A DNA stretch of 64,000 bases from Candidatus Multivorans sp. (GTDB lineage Bacteria; Acidobacteriota; Thermoanaerobaculia; Multivoradales; Multivoraceae): assembly GCA_965224025.1 (NCBI GenBank), contig OZ245033.1, positions 1,696,001-1,760,000 of the forward strand, written 5' to 3'. Under the pieces are notes generated by a model that saw only the letters and a program-made list of their open reading frames with translations, had not been told where the DNA came from and ran no database searches. Below, piece by piece: positions 9,796-19,292 of this stretch (positions are counted from its first letter, which is position 1; each line of letters begins with the position of its first letter). A program made the translations under genes and the position numbers.

Positions 9796-10098
9796 CCTCG
9801 GCGTGGAAACCTCGCGCGCACTTCCGAATCGCCGCGCCACGGACCGGGGCGAGCTTGGGGTCTTCGGGGATCGGACGACTACCATCAGTTGGAGTGCGCC
9901 GGTGTGTGCGGAGCGCGTACAACTCGCACAGGGAGACACGGACATGGCAACCACGAGAACGTCCCGAGAACAAGGAATCGACCAAGGGAATGGGATTGAG
10001 GGAGTTCACCTTGCCCGGCTCGCCAGCCTGCTGGCCCTGACGGCGTTGGCCATGGCCGCGTCGGCGCCATTGGCCGCTCAGCAGGGGCGGGATCTTCT

Positions 10099-11596
10099 GC
10101 CTCTTTCGAGTTGCGAGTGGGTAGGGCGCGGGCGAGTGCAGATGCTGAGGGGGTCTTGGGATAGCGGCCTCCGCCGCCGTAGCCGCCGCCGTCGGGCTGT
10201 GGAATCTGCGGAAGACCGGTAGCGGCGAGGGCGCAAGCTGTCCGGTGGGGAGGGCGTTCGCGGCGATTTCGGGTGGCGGCTGTAGTCGCGGGCGATCGGA
10301 ATGAGCAAGACTCGTCTCTCCTGTTCCGACTGAAGGAGGACGAGAGATGCAGAGGGAATTGTTCGCGAGAGCGCTGGGCGTGTCGGCGCCGTGGTTCGTT
10401 GACGGCGTGGACTTCTGTGAGAGGGAGCGTCGGTTGACGATACGGATCGACTTCAGGAAGGGCAGCCGATTCGCCCACGAGGGGGACGGCGGTTCTCATC
10501 CGGTGCACGACACGCAGATCAAGCGCTATCGGCACCTCAACTTCTTCCAGCACGAGTGCCTGCTCGAGGCGCGAGTGCCCCGTGTGCGACTCCCCGACCA
10601 GCGGGTGGCGTTGGTGACTCCGCCCTGGTCGGGCAGATTGTCCGGCTTCACGCTGCTGTTCGAAGCCTTGATTCTGGCCATGTGCCGAGACATGACCTTC
10701 GCTGCGGTGGCCCGGTTGACCGGGGTGTCGTGGCATCGGGTGCACGCGATCTGCAAGCGCTACGTCGAGCTGGCGGTCGACCGGGACGACCTCTCCGAAC
10801 TGCGCCACGTGGCCATTGACGAGACTTCCCGCGCCAAGGGGCACGACTACGTGACCGCGGTCGCCGACAGCGAGCGCCGGCGCGTGGTGTTCCTCGCCGA
10901 GGGACGCAAGTCCGGCACGATCGAGGAGTTCGCCGACGATCTGCAAAGGCGCGGCGGCGATCCCGCCGCGATCAGCCGGGCGTCCATCGACATGTCGGCC
11001 GCCTTCCTCAAGGGCGTCGCCGAGAATCTCCCCAACGCCGAGGTGACCCTCGACAAGTTCCACGTCATGGCCCTGGCCTCGAAGGCGGTGGACGAGACCC
11101 GGCGCCTCGAACAGCGCCTCGATCCGTCGCTGAAGGGCCTGCGCTGGACGCTGCTCAAGAACCGCGACTCCCTGACGCCGGCCCAACGGGCCGACCTCGA
11201 CCGCTTCGTCAAGAGGGTCGCCAGCCGACGCACCGCACGCGCCTGGCTCTATCGGGAGCAACTCCGCGAAATTCTCAACCGCAAGCAGATCAACGTCGTG
11301 CTGCGAATGCTCCATCAGTGGTGCACCAACGTGAACCGCTCCAAGGTCGAACCCATGAAGGCCGTCGCCCGCACCATCCGAAAGCACCTGCAAGCGATCG
11401 CTGCCTGGGCGCGAACCCGGCAGACCAACGGCTTCCTCGAAGCCCTCAACGGACTCTTCCAGTCCGCCAAACGCAAGGCCAGAGGCTACAAGCGATTCGA
11501 CACCATACGCATCGCCTTCTTCCTCATCGCCGGCAAACTCGACTTCCACACGCTCAACCCGCACACCGCTTGACCCACTCGTAATTCAAAAGAGCC
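10099..11596 (+). mobile_element. ISL3-family insertion sequence, 1498 bp, 24-bp imperfect terminal IRs, 8-bp TSD GATCTTCT
   Basis: Left end gcctctttcgagttgcgagtgggt matches the reverse complement of the right end (ggctcttttgaattacgagtgggt); GATCTTCT at 10091-10098 and 11597-11604. Confidence 0.95.
10347..11573 (+). CDS. ISL3-family transposase
   Basis: IDETSRAKGHDYVT, SIDMSAAF, DKFHV, TNGFLEALNGLFQSAKRKARGY. Confidence 0.96.
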   Translation: MQRELFARALGVSAPWFVDGVDFCERERRLTIRIDFRKGSRFAHEGDGGSHPVHDTQIKRYRHLNFFQHECLLEARVPRVRLPDQRVALVTPPWSGRLSGFTLLFEALILAMCRDMTFAAVARLTGVSWHRVHAICKRYVELAVDRDDLSELRHVAIDETSRAKGHDYVTAVADSERRRVVFLAEGRKSGTIEEFADDLQRRGGDPAAISRASIDMSAAFLKGVAENLPNAEVTLDKFHVMALASKAVDETRRLEQRLDPSLKGLRWTLLKNRDSLTPAQRADLDRFVKRVASRRTARAWLYREQLREILNRKQINVVLRMLHQWCTNVNRSKVEPMKAVARTIRKHLQAIAAWARTRQTNGFLEALNGLFQSAKRKARGYKRFDTIRIAFFLIAGKLDFHTLNPHTA

Positions 11597-12304
11597 GATC
11601 TTCTTGCCTGGGAAGAGCCACTCCGCGAGCAGGTCTTCGCCAAGGAGGCCGTCCGCAACGCCGTCTATGGCGCCGGCAGCATCTCGCTGGTCGGCGCGAC
11701 GGCGTCCGACCCGACTGGAGTACCTTCTGCCGCCACTACGGAGTACAAGTACGACGATGGAGACACGCGTACAAGCAGCGTGCTGCAGACGAGCGCCGGG
11801 GACGTTCACGAACAGGAGTTCGCTCAGCGGTTCCGGCTGCGCGGGAGAGGCACCGTGAGCTATGTGACGCTCTGCGTTGCCAGAAGGCAGAACGTCGGCA
11901 ACAGCAATCGGCTGCCATTCAAGGTCACCCTCTACAGAGATTCCGGGGGGCGTCCGGGACGGTCACTAAACGTGTATGATGCCAGTGTGACCAGTCCGTC
12001 CGCCGGAGCGGCCGAGTGCTTCAGGTTGGCGGGTGCCATCGCTGGACAACAGCTCAGCAGCGGTGACACATGGGTCGGCGTGTCGTGGCTGTCCTCAACC
12101 GGAATGGCAATGATGGTCGATGACGGCTCGGTCGGCAGCACGAAGCTCAGCGTAAGGGCCCGAGTGAACTCTGGCTTGAGTTGGGTCCCTTGGCAGGATC
12201 ATCCCACGCCGTCGGTCAGGGTCTTTCTGATCCGCCTGGGCGTAGACCATGGAGGCAGCACGCCCGACCCGGACCCGGACCCGGAGCCGCCTCCGACCTC
12301 CGGC

Positions 12305-12640
12305 TGCCGGCCGACGACTGCGGCCCTTCAGTTCGACGGCGGGTACGAAGTCAGCATGTGCTACCGCACGCCCCAGGGCGAGGAAGGTCAGGCCAAGTCC
12401 GGCGTCTGGGCCTCCAGCCAGTCGGGAATTCTGTGGTTCTTCAGCCGCGAGAACGCAGAGGTCCTGGTGAAAGTGCTCGACGGTTGCGCTCACAACGGCC
12501 ATCGCTGGGTCTTCGTGGCTCCCGTCACGACTCTGGAGTTCAACCTCCGGGTGACGGGACCGAACGGCAAGCGGTGGACCCACAGCAACCGGCAGAACGT
12601 AACGGCGACAACCAAGAGCGATACCTCCGCGTTCAAGTGC
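12305..12640 (+). repeat. Four-Cys dispersed domain, copy B (112 aa, internal)
   Basis: CRPTTAALQFDGGYEVSMCYRTP...SDTSAFKC. Confidence 0.95.
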
Positions 12641-13352
12641 GCCGACGAATCCGATGGGGACGACGATGATGACGACGACGACGGGGAAGAGGCGGCGCCG
12701 GATCTCGTCGTGTCGAATCCGTCGGTAAGCGACAGCAGCCCGAGTGCGGGCGGGACCTTCACCCTCCGAGCGACGGTACGCAACCAGGGTGACGCGCGGT
12801 CCGCCTCCACCACCCTCCGCTACCACCGCTCGTCCAATTCGACGATCAACTCCTCGGATACCCAGGTCGGAACGGACGCAGTAGGCGCCCTTTCTGCCTC
12901 GCGCACCAGCGCCGAGTCGATCAGCCTCACGGCGCCGTCGAGCGCCGGTACGTACTACTACGGCGCCTGCGTCGACTCCGTCTCGGGCGAATCGAACCGG
13001 GCCAACAACTGCTCAAGTGGTGTACGTGTGACCGTCAGCAGCGGAGGCGATTCAGGCACAAGGTACAGCGTGGGCGATGTGATCTCGACGCTACCTGGCG
13101 ATTCCTGGTCTTTCGCCGGAACCCTCTCGCGCTGCTCCTTCGCCAGCCCTGGCGGTCGTACAGTCGTGGAGTGCCCCAGTGGCGGCTTCGTGGAGCGGCG
13201 GCCCTATCGCTACACCTGCGAGGCATCCACCTGTCGAATCGAGGGCAGAACGGTTACGCAAGGGACCTGGTTGGAGACCAGGAGGTGAGCGCGCCGCAGC
13301 GACAGCGAGCCGTTGCGGCAAGCGTCAGTCAAGAACCGCTGCTGACGAGACC

Positions 13353-16300
13353 GTGACCCCGGCGGCAGCAACCGGCTTCCGTCGCGAAGACTGCCGCGCG
13401 GAGCGCGAGACCGGTCCTCTCGGCGTCGGACTGGCGCTCGCCTTGGCTATCTCCGCGCCCGCCGCAGCACTCACCCAGGCCGGGCCGGCGGACGAGTCGA
13501 CGGTCGACCACTCGAACGCCGCCGCCCTGAGCCGCGGCGAGTACAGCGACTGCACGCCCGCCACGACGGTGCTCATGTTCGACGGCGGCTACGGTGTCAG
13601 CCTATGCTGGGAGACGGCCCAAGGAACGACCGGCCTTGGTCGGGCAGGGATCTGGGCGTCGGCCGAGTCGGGAATCGTGTGGTTCTTCAGCCGCGAGAAC
13701 GCCGAGATGCTGGTCAAGGTGCTCAACGGCTGTGCGCACAACGGCTACCGGTGGGTGTTCGTCGCCCCCGTGACCGACGTCGCATTCAACCTGCATGTGA
13801 CGAGCAGCCGCGGCAACCGCTGGATCCACCGGAACCGACTGGGTGAGACCGCCGCGACCAACAGCGACTTGACGGCGTTCAAGTGCGCGACGGACGACGC
13901 CTACGGGGCGGATCTGGCCGTTCGAGCCCCTTCGGTCAGCAACGCCGACGTCGAGCCGGGGGAGTCCTTCTCCCTCCAGGTGCTGGTGGACAACCGGGGC
14001 GATGATCAGTCAGCCGCCACAACACTCCGTTACTGGGAATCGACGGACGCCACGATCAGCAGGAATGACGCGATCGTCGGGACCGACTCGGTGAGCGCTC
14101 TGGCCGCCTCCGGAACCGCCGCCAACTCCATCGGTCTAAACGCGCCGACGGACCCCGGGACCTTCTACTACTACGCCTGCGTCGACCCCGTGCCGGGCGA
14201 AGCGAACACGGCGAACAACTGCTCCTCCGCCGCGGCCGTAAGGGTGAGCGTTCCCGAGGCGCCGCCGGCTCTTGAGAGCGAAGGCGACCTGCAGGCCGCC
14301 TCGGGCGACACGACCACCTTGTTCACGGGAGTCGCGAATGCCGCCGGCGATCTCTACAGCTTCGGCGCGTGGTCCGACGATGAAGCGGTCGCCGTCGTCG
14401 AGGAAGTGAGAGGTTCGAGATCGGAACGATTGCTCCTCGTCACCGGCAAGAAGGCCGGAACGGCGACCGTTACGGTCGCCGCCGTCAATAGCCAGGGCGA
14501 ACCGTCGGCGCTCTCCACCTTCGACGTCCGGGTCACGTCGCCCACCTCGGCCGCACCCGCTCTCGAGACCGGGCCAAGTGACGACGTGCTCAATGTCGCG
14601 TTCCGTGCCACGCTCCGGCCCCTGGAAACCCGCGCCTACGACTACCAGGTCCGCCTGCGGAGACCCCAGACCGTATGGACCGATGTCGGGTGCGTGCCGG
14701 CACGCAACTCGTCGAACAGCACATCCACCGGATCCGTCTCCACCATGCTCAGCGGACTCCGGGCGGGTACCACTTACGACGTGCGGTACCGATCCCGTCG
14801 CAGCGCGTCATGCAACACGGGTGCGCCGGTCATCTGGTCCTCGGTGGGTACGGGCACGACGAGCGGCACTCCGATCAACGAACCGCCGACCTTCCCCGCT
14901 TCCACTCCGGGAACGGTCTCGGTGAACGAGAACGCGGGCGCCGACATCAACGTCGGGCCGCCCGTCGACGCCGTCGACCCCGATGGCGTCCGGGACATCC
15001 TCACCTACAGCTTGGAGGGGCAGGATGCGGGGAGGTTTGAGGTCGTTCCCGAAACCGGGCAGATCCGCACCCGCGGCGGTCGCAGCTACGACTTCGAGGC
15101 TCGGGACACCTACAACGTCACGGTGGAAGCGCGGGATGTCCACGACGAGACGGAGAGCTTCCCGGTCACGATCAAGGTCCTCGACCTCGAGCAAGGCTGC
15201 TCGCTGCCACCGAGGCTTCGCCTCAATCCCCAGGACCGGCTACTCATCGTGCGATGGGATCCACTCGAGGACGAAGACGGGAAAGCCGCCGTCTTCGGCT
15301 ACGAGATCGAGCGACGCACCGGCTCGAGTGGCGCCTGGAGCGACCGTGTCGTCGTCAGGGGACGCGAGAAGGACCTCGTGTACCTGTCCGGTCTGACGAA
15401 CCTTCAACCCTATGAGGTTCGAATCCGTCCCTATGGCCCGGAGGGCGATTGCGCTTGGTCCGAGCCGGTATCCGGAATCCCGCAAACGGACCGGGCGCCG
15501 CTGGATCGCCAGGACTTCCAGGATCGCCTGGAGCCCGGCGGAAGACTCAGGGACTGGCGCTTCCTCCCAACCGGCAGGTTCAGCGAACCGCGGGACGGCC
15601 GTCGGGTTCACGGCAGCTACCGCTACGAGAAGGCCGGTCCCGACCGGGGCTTGATCACCCTCGAATACGACGAGGTCGGCCGCTCCGGCTGCGCGCTCTC
15701 CCTCTTGTTCTCGTCGCTCACTTCCGGTTCGTTCCTCGACGAGTGCAAGGGGGCCGGCGTGAACACCGACTTCGACCTCGAGGAACCACCGCCCGAGCCG
15801 GAGAATCTCGCGCCGCGGAGCCAGCAGCAGTTCGAGGCGCTCGCAGGGGGAAAGCCGTTTCTGCCCGGCCTGCAGATCGGCGGCCGCATCTCCGGGCGAA
15901 GATTTTCTGTGCGCTTGACACCGGGCTATGTTGCTCACTCGAGACCCAGCGCGGATCCGGACTCGGTAGCCACTCGTTTCGGCCGCTACGAGTACGAACA
16001 TGTGGGTCCCAACCGAGCTCGACTCGTCCTGTGCTTCAAACGGTACACTGAGGATGCCGACGAGCGCTGGGTCATCGACCTGGAGTTCATCTCCGGCGAC
16101 GCCGCAAAGTACACCATCACCCTGCACCGCAAGGGGCACGCACCACGCACGCTGGAGGGATTCATCGACTTCAAGAGCGGCGACTACCTCAGCAACTTCC
16201 CTCCTGAACTCGTACCACCCGGTCACCCACCGCAGGCCGCGGGCCGCGACCTGCTGGGCATCGACGCCGCGACCGGTTCGACTTCGCTCAGCATCGGCGC

Positions 16301-16859
16301 CGATTCGCTCCAGACGATTCTCCTGCGCGGCGACGGAATCCAGGACATCGCCTACAGTCCGGGCGATTTCCTGGAGCCGAAGGACGGCGGCAATCAGCGG
16401 ATGATGATCGTCGGGGCCGGGCCGGCGTCAGCAACCCTTGCCGCAGGCGCCGGTAGAGCGTCAACGGACAGGCCGGGCGAGCCTGTCTTCGTTTCCAGCG
16501 AGCAAACGAATCTCACTGCTCTGACCGTCGTCTGCATGCAGTTCGAGAAGGGGATCCCCACCCGCGGGTCGAGGTACTTCTCGCAACCAAAGACGGCCAG
16601 TGGGAGCGTTCAGTCGTGTCAGAGCAACTGCGTTCGGACGGCTGGCGCCCGCGTGCAGGCCTGCGTCTGGCAGTGTGAGCGAGCGCACGCCGCTTCCGTC
16701 GAGTCCGCCTTCAAGGCCCCGGGCGTCGGTCTGCTGCCGATTCAGCCGCGGCGCAAGGCCGTCGAGTCGCCGGAGAAGATCGGTAGTAGGGAGCTGGGCG
16801 AGGCGGGCAGGATTGATCCAATGCCGGTCCTGGCCGGTTCGGAGTTCGGCGCCGACTAG
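13353..16859 (+). CDS. Large secreted adhesin-like protein: four-Cys domain, CARDB-like, Ig-like, Fn3, cadherin, Fn3, two unknown repeats, Cys-rich C-terminus
   Basis: Signal-like GVGLALALAISAPAAA; cadherin motifs (NEPPTF, SVNEN, AVDPDG, LTYSL, DFEARDTYNVTVEARD); Fn3 motifs (VRWDP..GYEIERR..LSGLTNLQPYEVRIR). The start codon is uncertain (GTG 13353 chosen). Confidence 0.82.
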   Translation: MTPAAATGFRREDCRAERETGPLGVGLALALAISAPAAALTQAGPADESTVDHSNAAALSRGEYSDCTPATTVLMFDGGYGVSLCWETAQGTTGLGRAGIWASAESGIVWFFSRENAEMLVKVLNGCAHNGYRWVFVAPVTDVAFNLHVTSSRGNRWIHRNRLGETAATNSDLTAFKCATDDAYGADLAVRAPSVSNADVEPGESFSLQVLVDNRGDDQSAATTLRYWESTDATISRNDAIVGTDSVSALAASGTAANSIGLNAPTDPGTFYYYACVDPVPGEANTANNCSSAAAVRVSVPEAPPALESEGDLQAASGDTTTLFTGVANAAGDLYSFGAWSDDEAVAVVEEVRGSRSERLLLVTGKKAGTATVTVAAVNSQGEPSALSTFDVRVTSPTSAAPALETGPSDDVLNVAFRATLRPLETRAYDYQVRLRRPQTVWTDVGCVPARNSSNSTSTGSVSTMLSGLRAGTTYDVRYRSRRSASCNTGAPVIWSSVGTGTTSGTPINEPPTFPASTPGTVSVNENAGADINVGPPVDAVDPDGVRDILTYSLEGQDAGRFEVVPETGQIRTRGGRSYDFEARDTYNVTVEARDVHDETESFPVTIKVLDLEQGCSLPPRLRLNPQDRLLIVRWDPLEDEDGKAAVFGYEIERRTGSSGAWSDRVVVRGREKDLVYLSGLTNLQPYEVRIRPYGPEGDCAWSEPVSGIPQTDRAPLDRQDFQDRLEPGGRLRDWRFLPTGRFSEPRDGRRVHGSYRYEKAGPDRGLITLEYDEVGRSGCALSLLFSSLTSGSFLDECKGAGVNTDFDLEEPPPEPENLAPRSQQQFEALAGGKPFLPGLQIGGRISGRRFSVRLTPGYVAHSRPSADPDSVATRFGRYEYEHVGPNRARLVLCFKRYTEDADERWVIDLEFISGDAAKYTITLHRKGHAPRTLEGFIDFKSGDYLSNFPPELVPPGHPPQAAGRDLLGIDAATGSTSLSIGADSLQTILLRGDGIQDIAYSPGDFLEPKDGGNQRMMIVGAGPASATLAAGAGRASTDRPGEPVFVSSEQTNLTALTVVCMQFEKGIPTRGSRYFSQPKTASGSVQSCQSNCVRTAGARVQACVWQCERAHAASVESAFKAPGVGLLPIQPRRKAVESPEKIGSRELGEAGRIDPMPVLAGSEFGAD
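13551..13886 (+). repeat. Four-Cys dispersed domain, copy C (112 aa, N-terminal)
   Basis: CTPATTVLMFDGGYGVSLCW...GIVWFFSRENAEMLVKVLNGC...SDLTAFKC. Confidence 0.95.
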
Positions 16860-16885
16860 TCGTGCGCGAGTTCGGACGCTCAACC

Positions 16886-19281
16886 ATGCGAGAACGAAGA
16901 GTCTGGGCAGTAGCCCTTGCCCTTCTTGCCGTTGCCGGCACCGTCCAAGGGCAGTCCACGACATGGCACGACGCCTCGTTCACCGACTCCACGGGGCGGG
17001 CTCTCCTGTACCGCTACTGGGTCAGGAGCGACTGGGATCTGACGGCGCCGCGCGGCGCGGTCATCTACTTCCACGGCAACAACATAGGCACGGCCGACGA
17101 GCTGCGACGAATCCGACACACGATCATCGACACGGCCCTGGAGCTCGGCCTGGCGTTCATCTCCCCGGCATCGCCTTCCTCGAACCCGGAGCAACTCTCC
17201 TTCGGCGAGCGCACCCTGCTCCCGGAAGCCGTCGGAGCGGGAGGGACTCGATTCTGGAGCATCCGGGACGCTCGTCTCGTGCATGAACTCCTGCAGAGCA
17301 GCCTTGGGTCTCAGCTTGCGCTCGACCACGACCGGATCGTCTTTGCCGGTGGCTCGCAGGGGACCTGCTTCCTGGCGGAGTTCGTGGAACTCTACGGCGG
17401 CGTCTACGGCGGCGGCTTCCACGCCTTCTGCGGTTGTTTCTGGCTGGATTTCGACGGCGATGACTCGCACGACACCTATGCCATTCATCCGCCGTTCCAC
17501 CAGTCCCCTTGGAAACCGTCGTTCGAGTGGACGCCTTCCGCCGCTTCGACTGTCGGTGACCGCTTCAGGGTGTTCGTGGAAGCGACGACGGAGGACTTCC
17601 TGCACCCCGCCGCCGTCTCGATGTCCCGCTACTACTCGGACTGGCTGGGCCTGGAAACACGCTCGGACCTGGAGACGCCCGGCGGGCACTGTCGTCGCAG
17701 CGATACGCCGCGGCGGGAGATCTACGAATGGCTGTCGTCGGGCCCCGTGGCGCCACATCCGGGAAGTGGCAACGACACGGACGGAGACGGCACGCCGAAT
17801 CAGTCCGACCTCGACGACGATGGCGACGGAGCGCCGGACTTCATCGACGACCTGCCTCAGGATCGCCGGGACTGGCGCGATACCGACGGTGACCGGATCG
17901 CCGACGCGAGGGATCCGGATGCCGACGGCGACGGCGTCAGGAACGCCGTGGACGCCTTTCCCCTGGACTCGCGAGAGCGGCGCGACACCGACGGCGACGG
18001 CATCGGAGACAGGCTGGATGAGGACGATGACAACGACGGGCTTCCGGACTCGCGCGATCCGCGGCCGACCGTTGGAACCGACAACGGTCGCAGTCTTTCG
18101 TTCGTAAGTCGAAACGACCCCATCAGCGGCTACGTGGGCACTCACGTGGCTAGTCAAGTACGAGTCCATGCCGGTCGGCCATCCGGCGTTGTCTATCCCG
18201 CAGCTCGCGGAGACTCGCAGTTCTACCAGTTTCTTGAGCTCGGCGATCGGGGCGCGCGGTTCGAGATCATGATCGACAGCTTCACGCGGCCCGAGTCGTG
18301 CCGATCGGTGCTCTTGCCGCAACTGTGCAACGTCGAGGAGTTCGCAGCTTCCGGTTACTACTCGTCGTACTTCCAGGACCAGTTCGTCCGCATCTGGATC
18401 GACCGGAATCGGAACCGGAACCTCACTGACGACGGGCCGCCCCTACTGACGGCTTGGAACACGGAGCTACCGTGGCCGGTGACGACCAACGAAGCGGTTC
18501 TGGAAGTGCCCTATGCGTCGGGCCAAGTGCTGCCTTACGCGATCACCATGTCTGCGCGGCGCGGTGATCTGGCAGGAGGCCTCTTCTACGGTTGGTCCAG
18601 CGTCTGGACGGGTGAGTGGAGATGCCGTCGGGAAGGCGGGTGCTGGCGCTGACCGTCGATGGGAACGGCGACGGCTTGTTCAACTCGCGACGCGGACCGC
18701 GGACTTCAGCATGGGACTTCGTGTGCCTCGATCTCGACCGGAACGGTTGGCTGAACGAATGCGACTTCGCCGAAGACGCTACCGGGAACCGGACGAGACC
18801 CGGTGCGATCTTCCCGTCGGAGCCGTTCGATTGGGACGGGGGCCGCTACGCGCTCTCGGTGGCGCCGTCGGGCCGCGAGATCAGCATCGTGGAAGGAGAT
18901 GATGTCCCGCCGACCTCGGGTTGCACGCCAACGACGACGGCCCTCCGTTTCGACGGCGGCTACGAGGTCAGCATGTGCTACCGCACGCCCGAGGGAGAAG
19001 AAGGCCAGGCGAAGTCCGGCGTCTGGGCTTCCGGCCAGTCCGGCATCCTGTGGTTCTTCAACCGGGAGAACGCGGAGGTCCTGGTCAAGGTGCTCGATGG
19101 ATGCGCTCACAACGGCCACCGCTGGGTCTTCGTCGCTCCCGTCACGACTCTGGAGTTCAACCTCTGGGTGACGGGACCGAACGGTAGTCGGTGGACCCAT
19201 AGCAACCGGCAGAATGAGACGGCGGCGACCAAGAGCGATACGTCGGCATTCAGGTGTACTGACGAGGTTGGGGGAAGATAG
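16886..19281 (+). CDS. Secreted alpha/beta-hydrolase-like protein with thrombospondin type-3 (DxDGDG) repeats and C-terminal four-Cys domain; apparent single-base frameshift near 18617
   Basis: Signal peptide, IYFHG, GGSQG nucleophile elbow, multiple DTDGDG repeats; ORF 16862..18652 overlaps ORF 18616..19281 at GAG TGG AG (GAG GTG GAG would fuse them). Confidence 0.75.
18922..19257 (+). repeat. Four-Cys dispersed domain, copy D (112 aa, C-terminal)
   Basis: CTPTTTALRFDGGYEVSMCYRTP...SDTSAFRC; 11 of 112 residues differ from copy B by my alignment. Confidence 0.95.
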
Positions 19282-19292
19282 GGGCAGTCCTG

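Larger units (their letters stand above)
9944..13288 (+). pseudogene. Secreted modular protein (signal peptide, unknown N-domain, four-Cys domain, poly-Asp linker, CARDB-like domain, small Cys-rich C-domain) interrupted by ISL3
   Basis: Removing 10099-11604 restores one frame: MATTRTS...AMAASAPLAAQQGRDL/LAWEEPLREQVF...SSVLQTSAGD, which joins the 11780..13288 ORF. Confidence 0.9.

Noticed and set aside
9885-11564. 559-aa antisense ORF over the first ISL3 transposase (likewise 53819..55207 over the second)
   Set aside because: Shadow ORFs typical of high-GC coding strands; no recognisable motifs.
17770-18060. CRISPR-like periodic repeats (gacggcgacggc)
   Set aside because: These are coding DxDGDG thrombospondin type-3 repeats with no constant repeat-spacer structure, and no cas genes are present.
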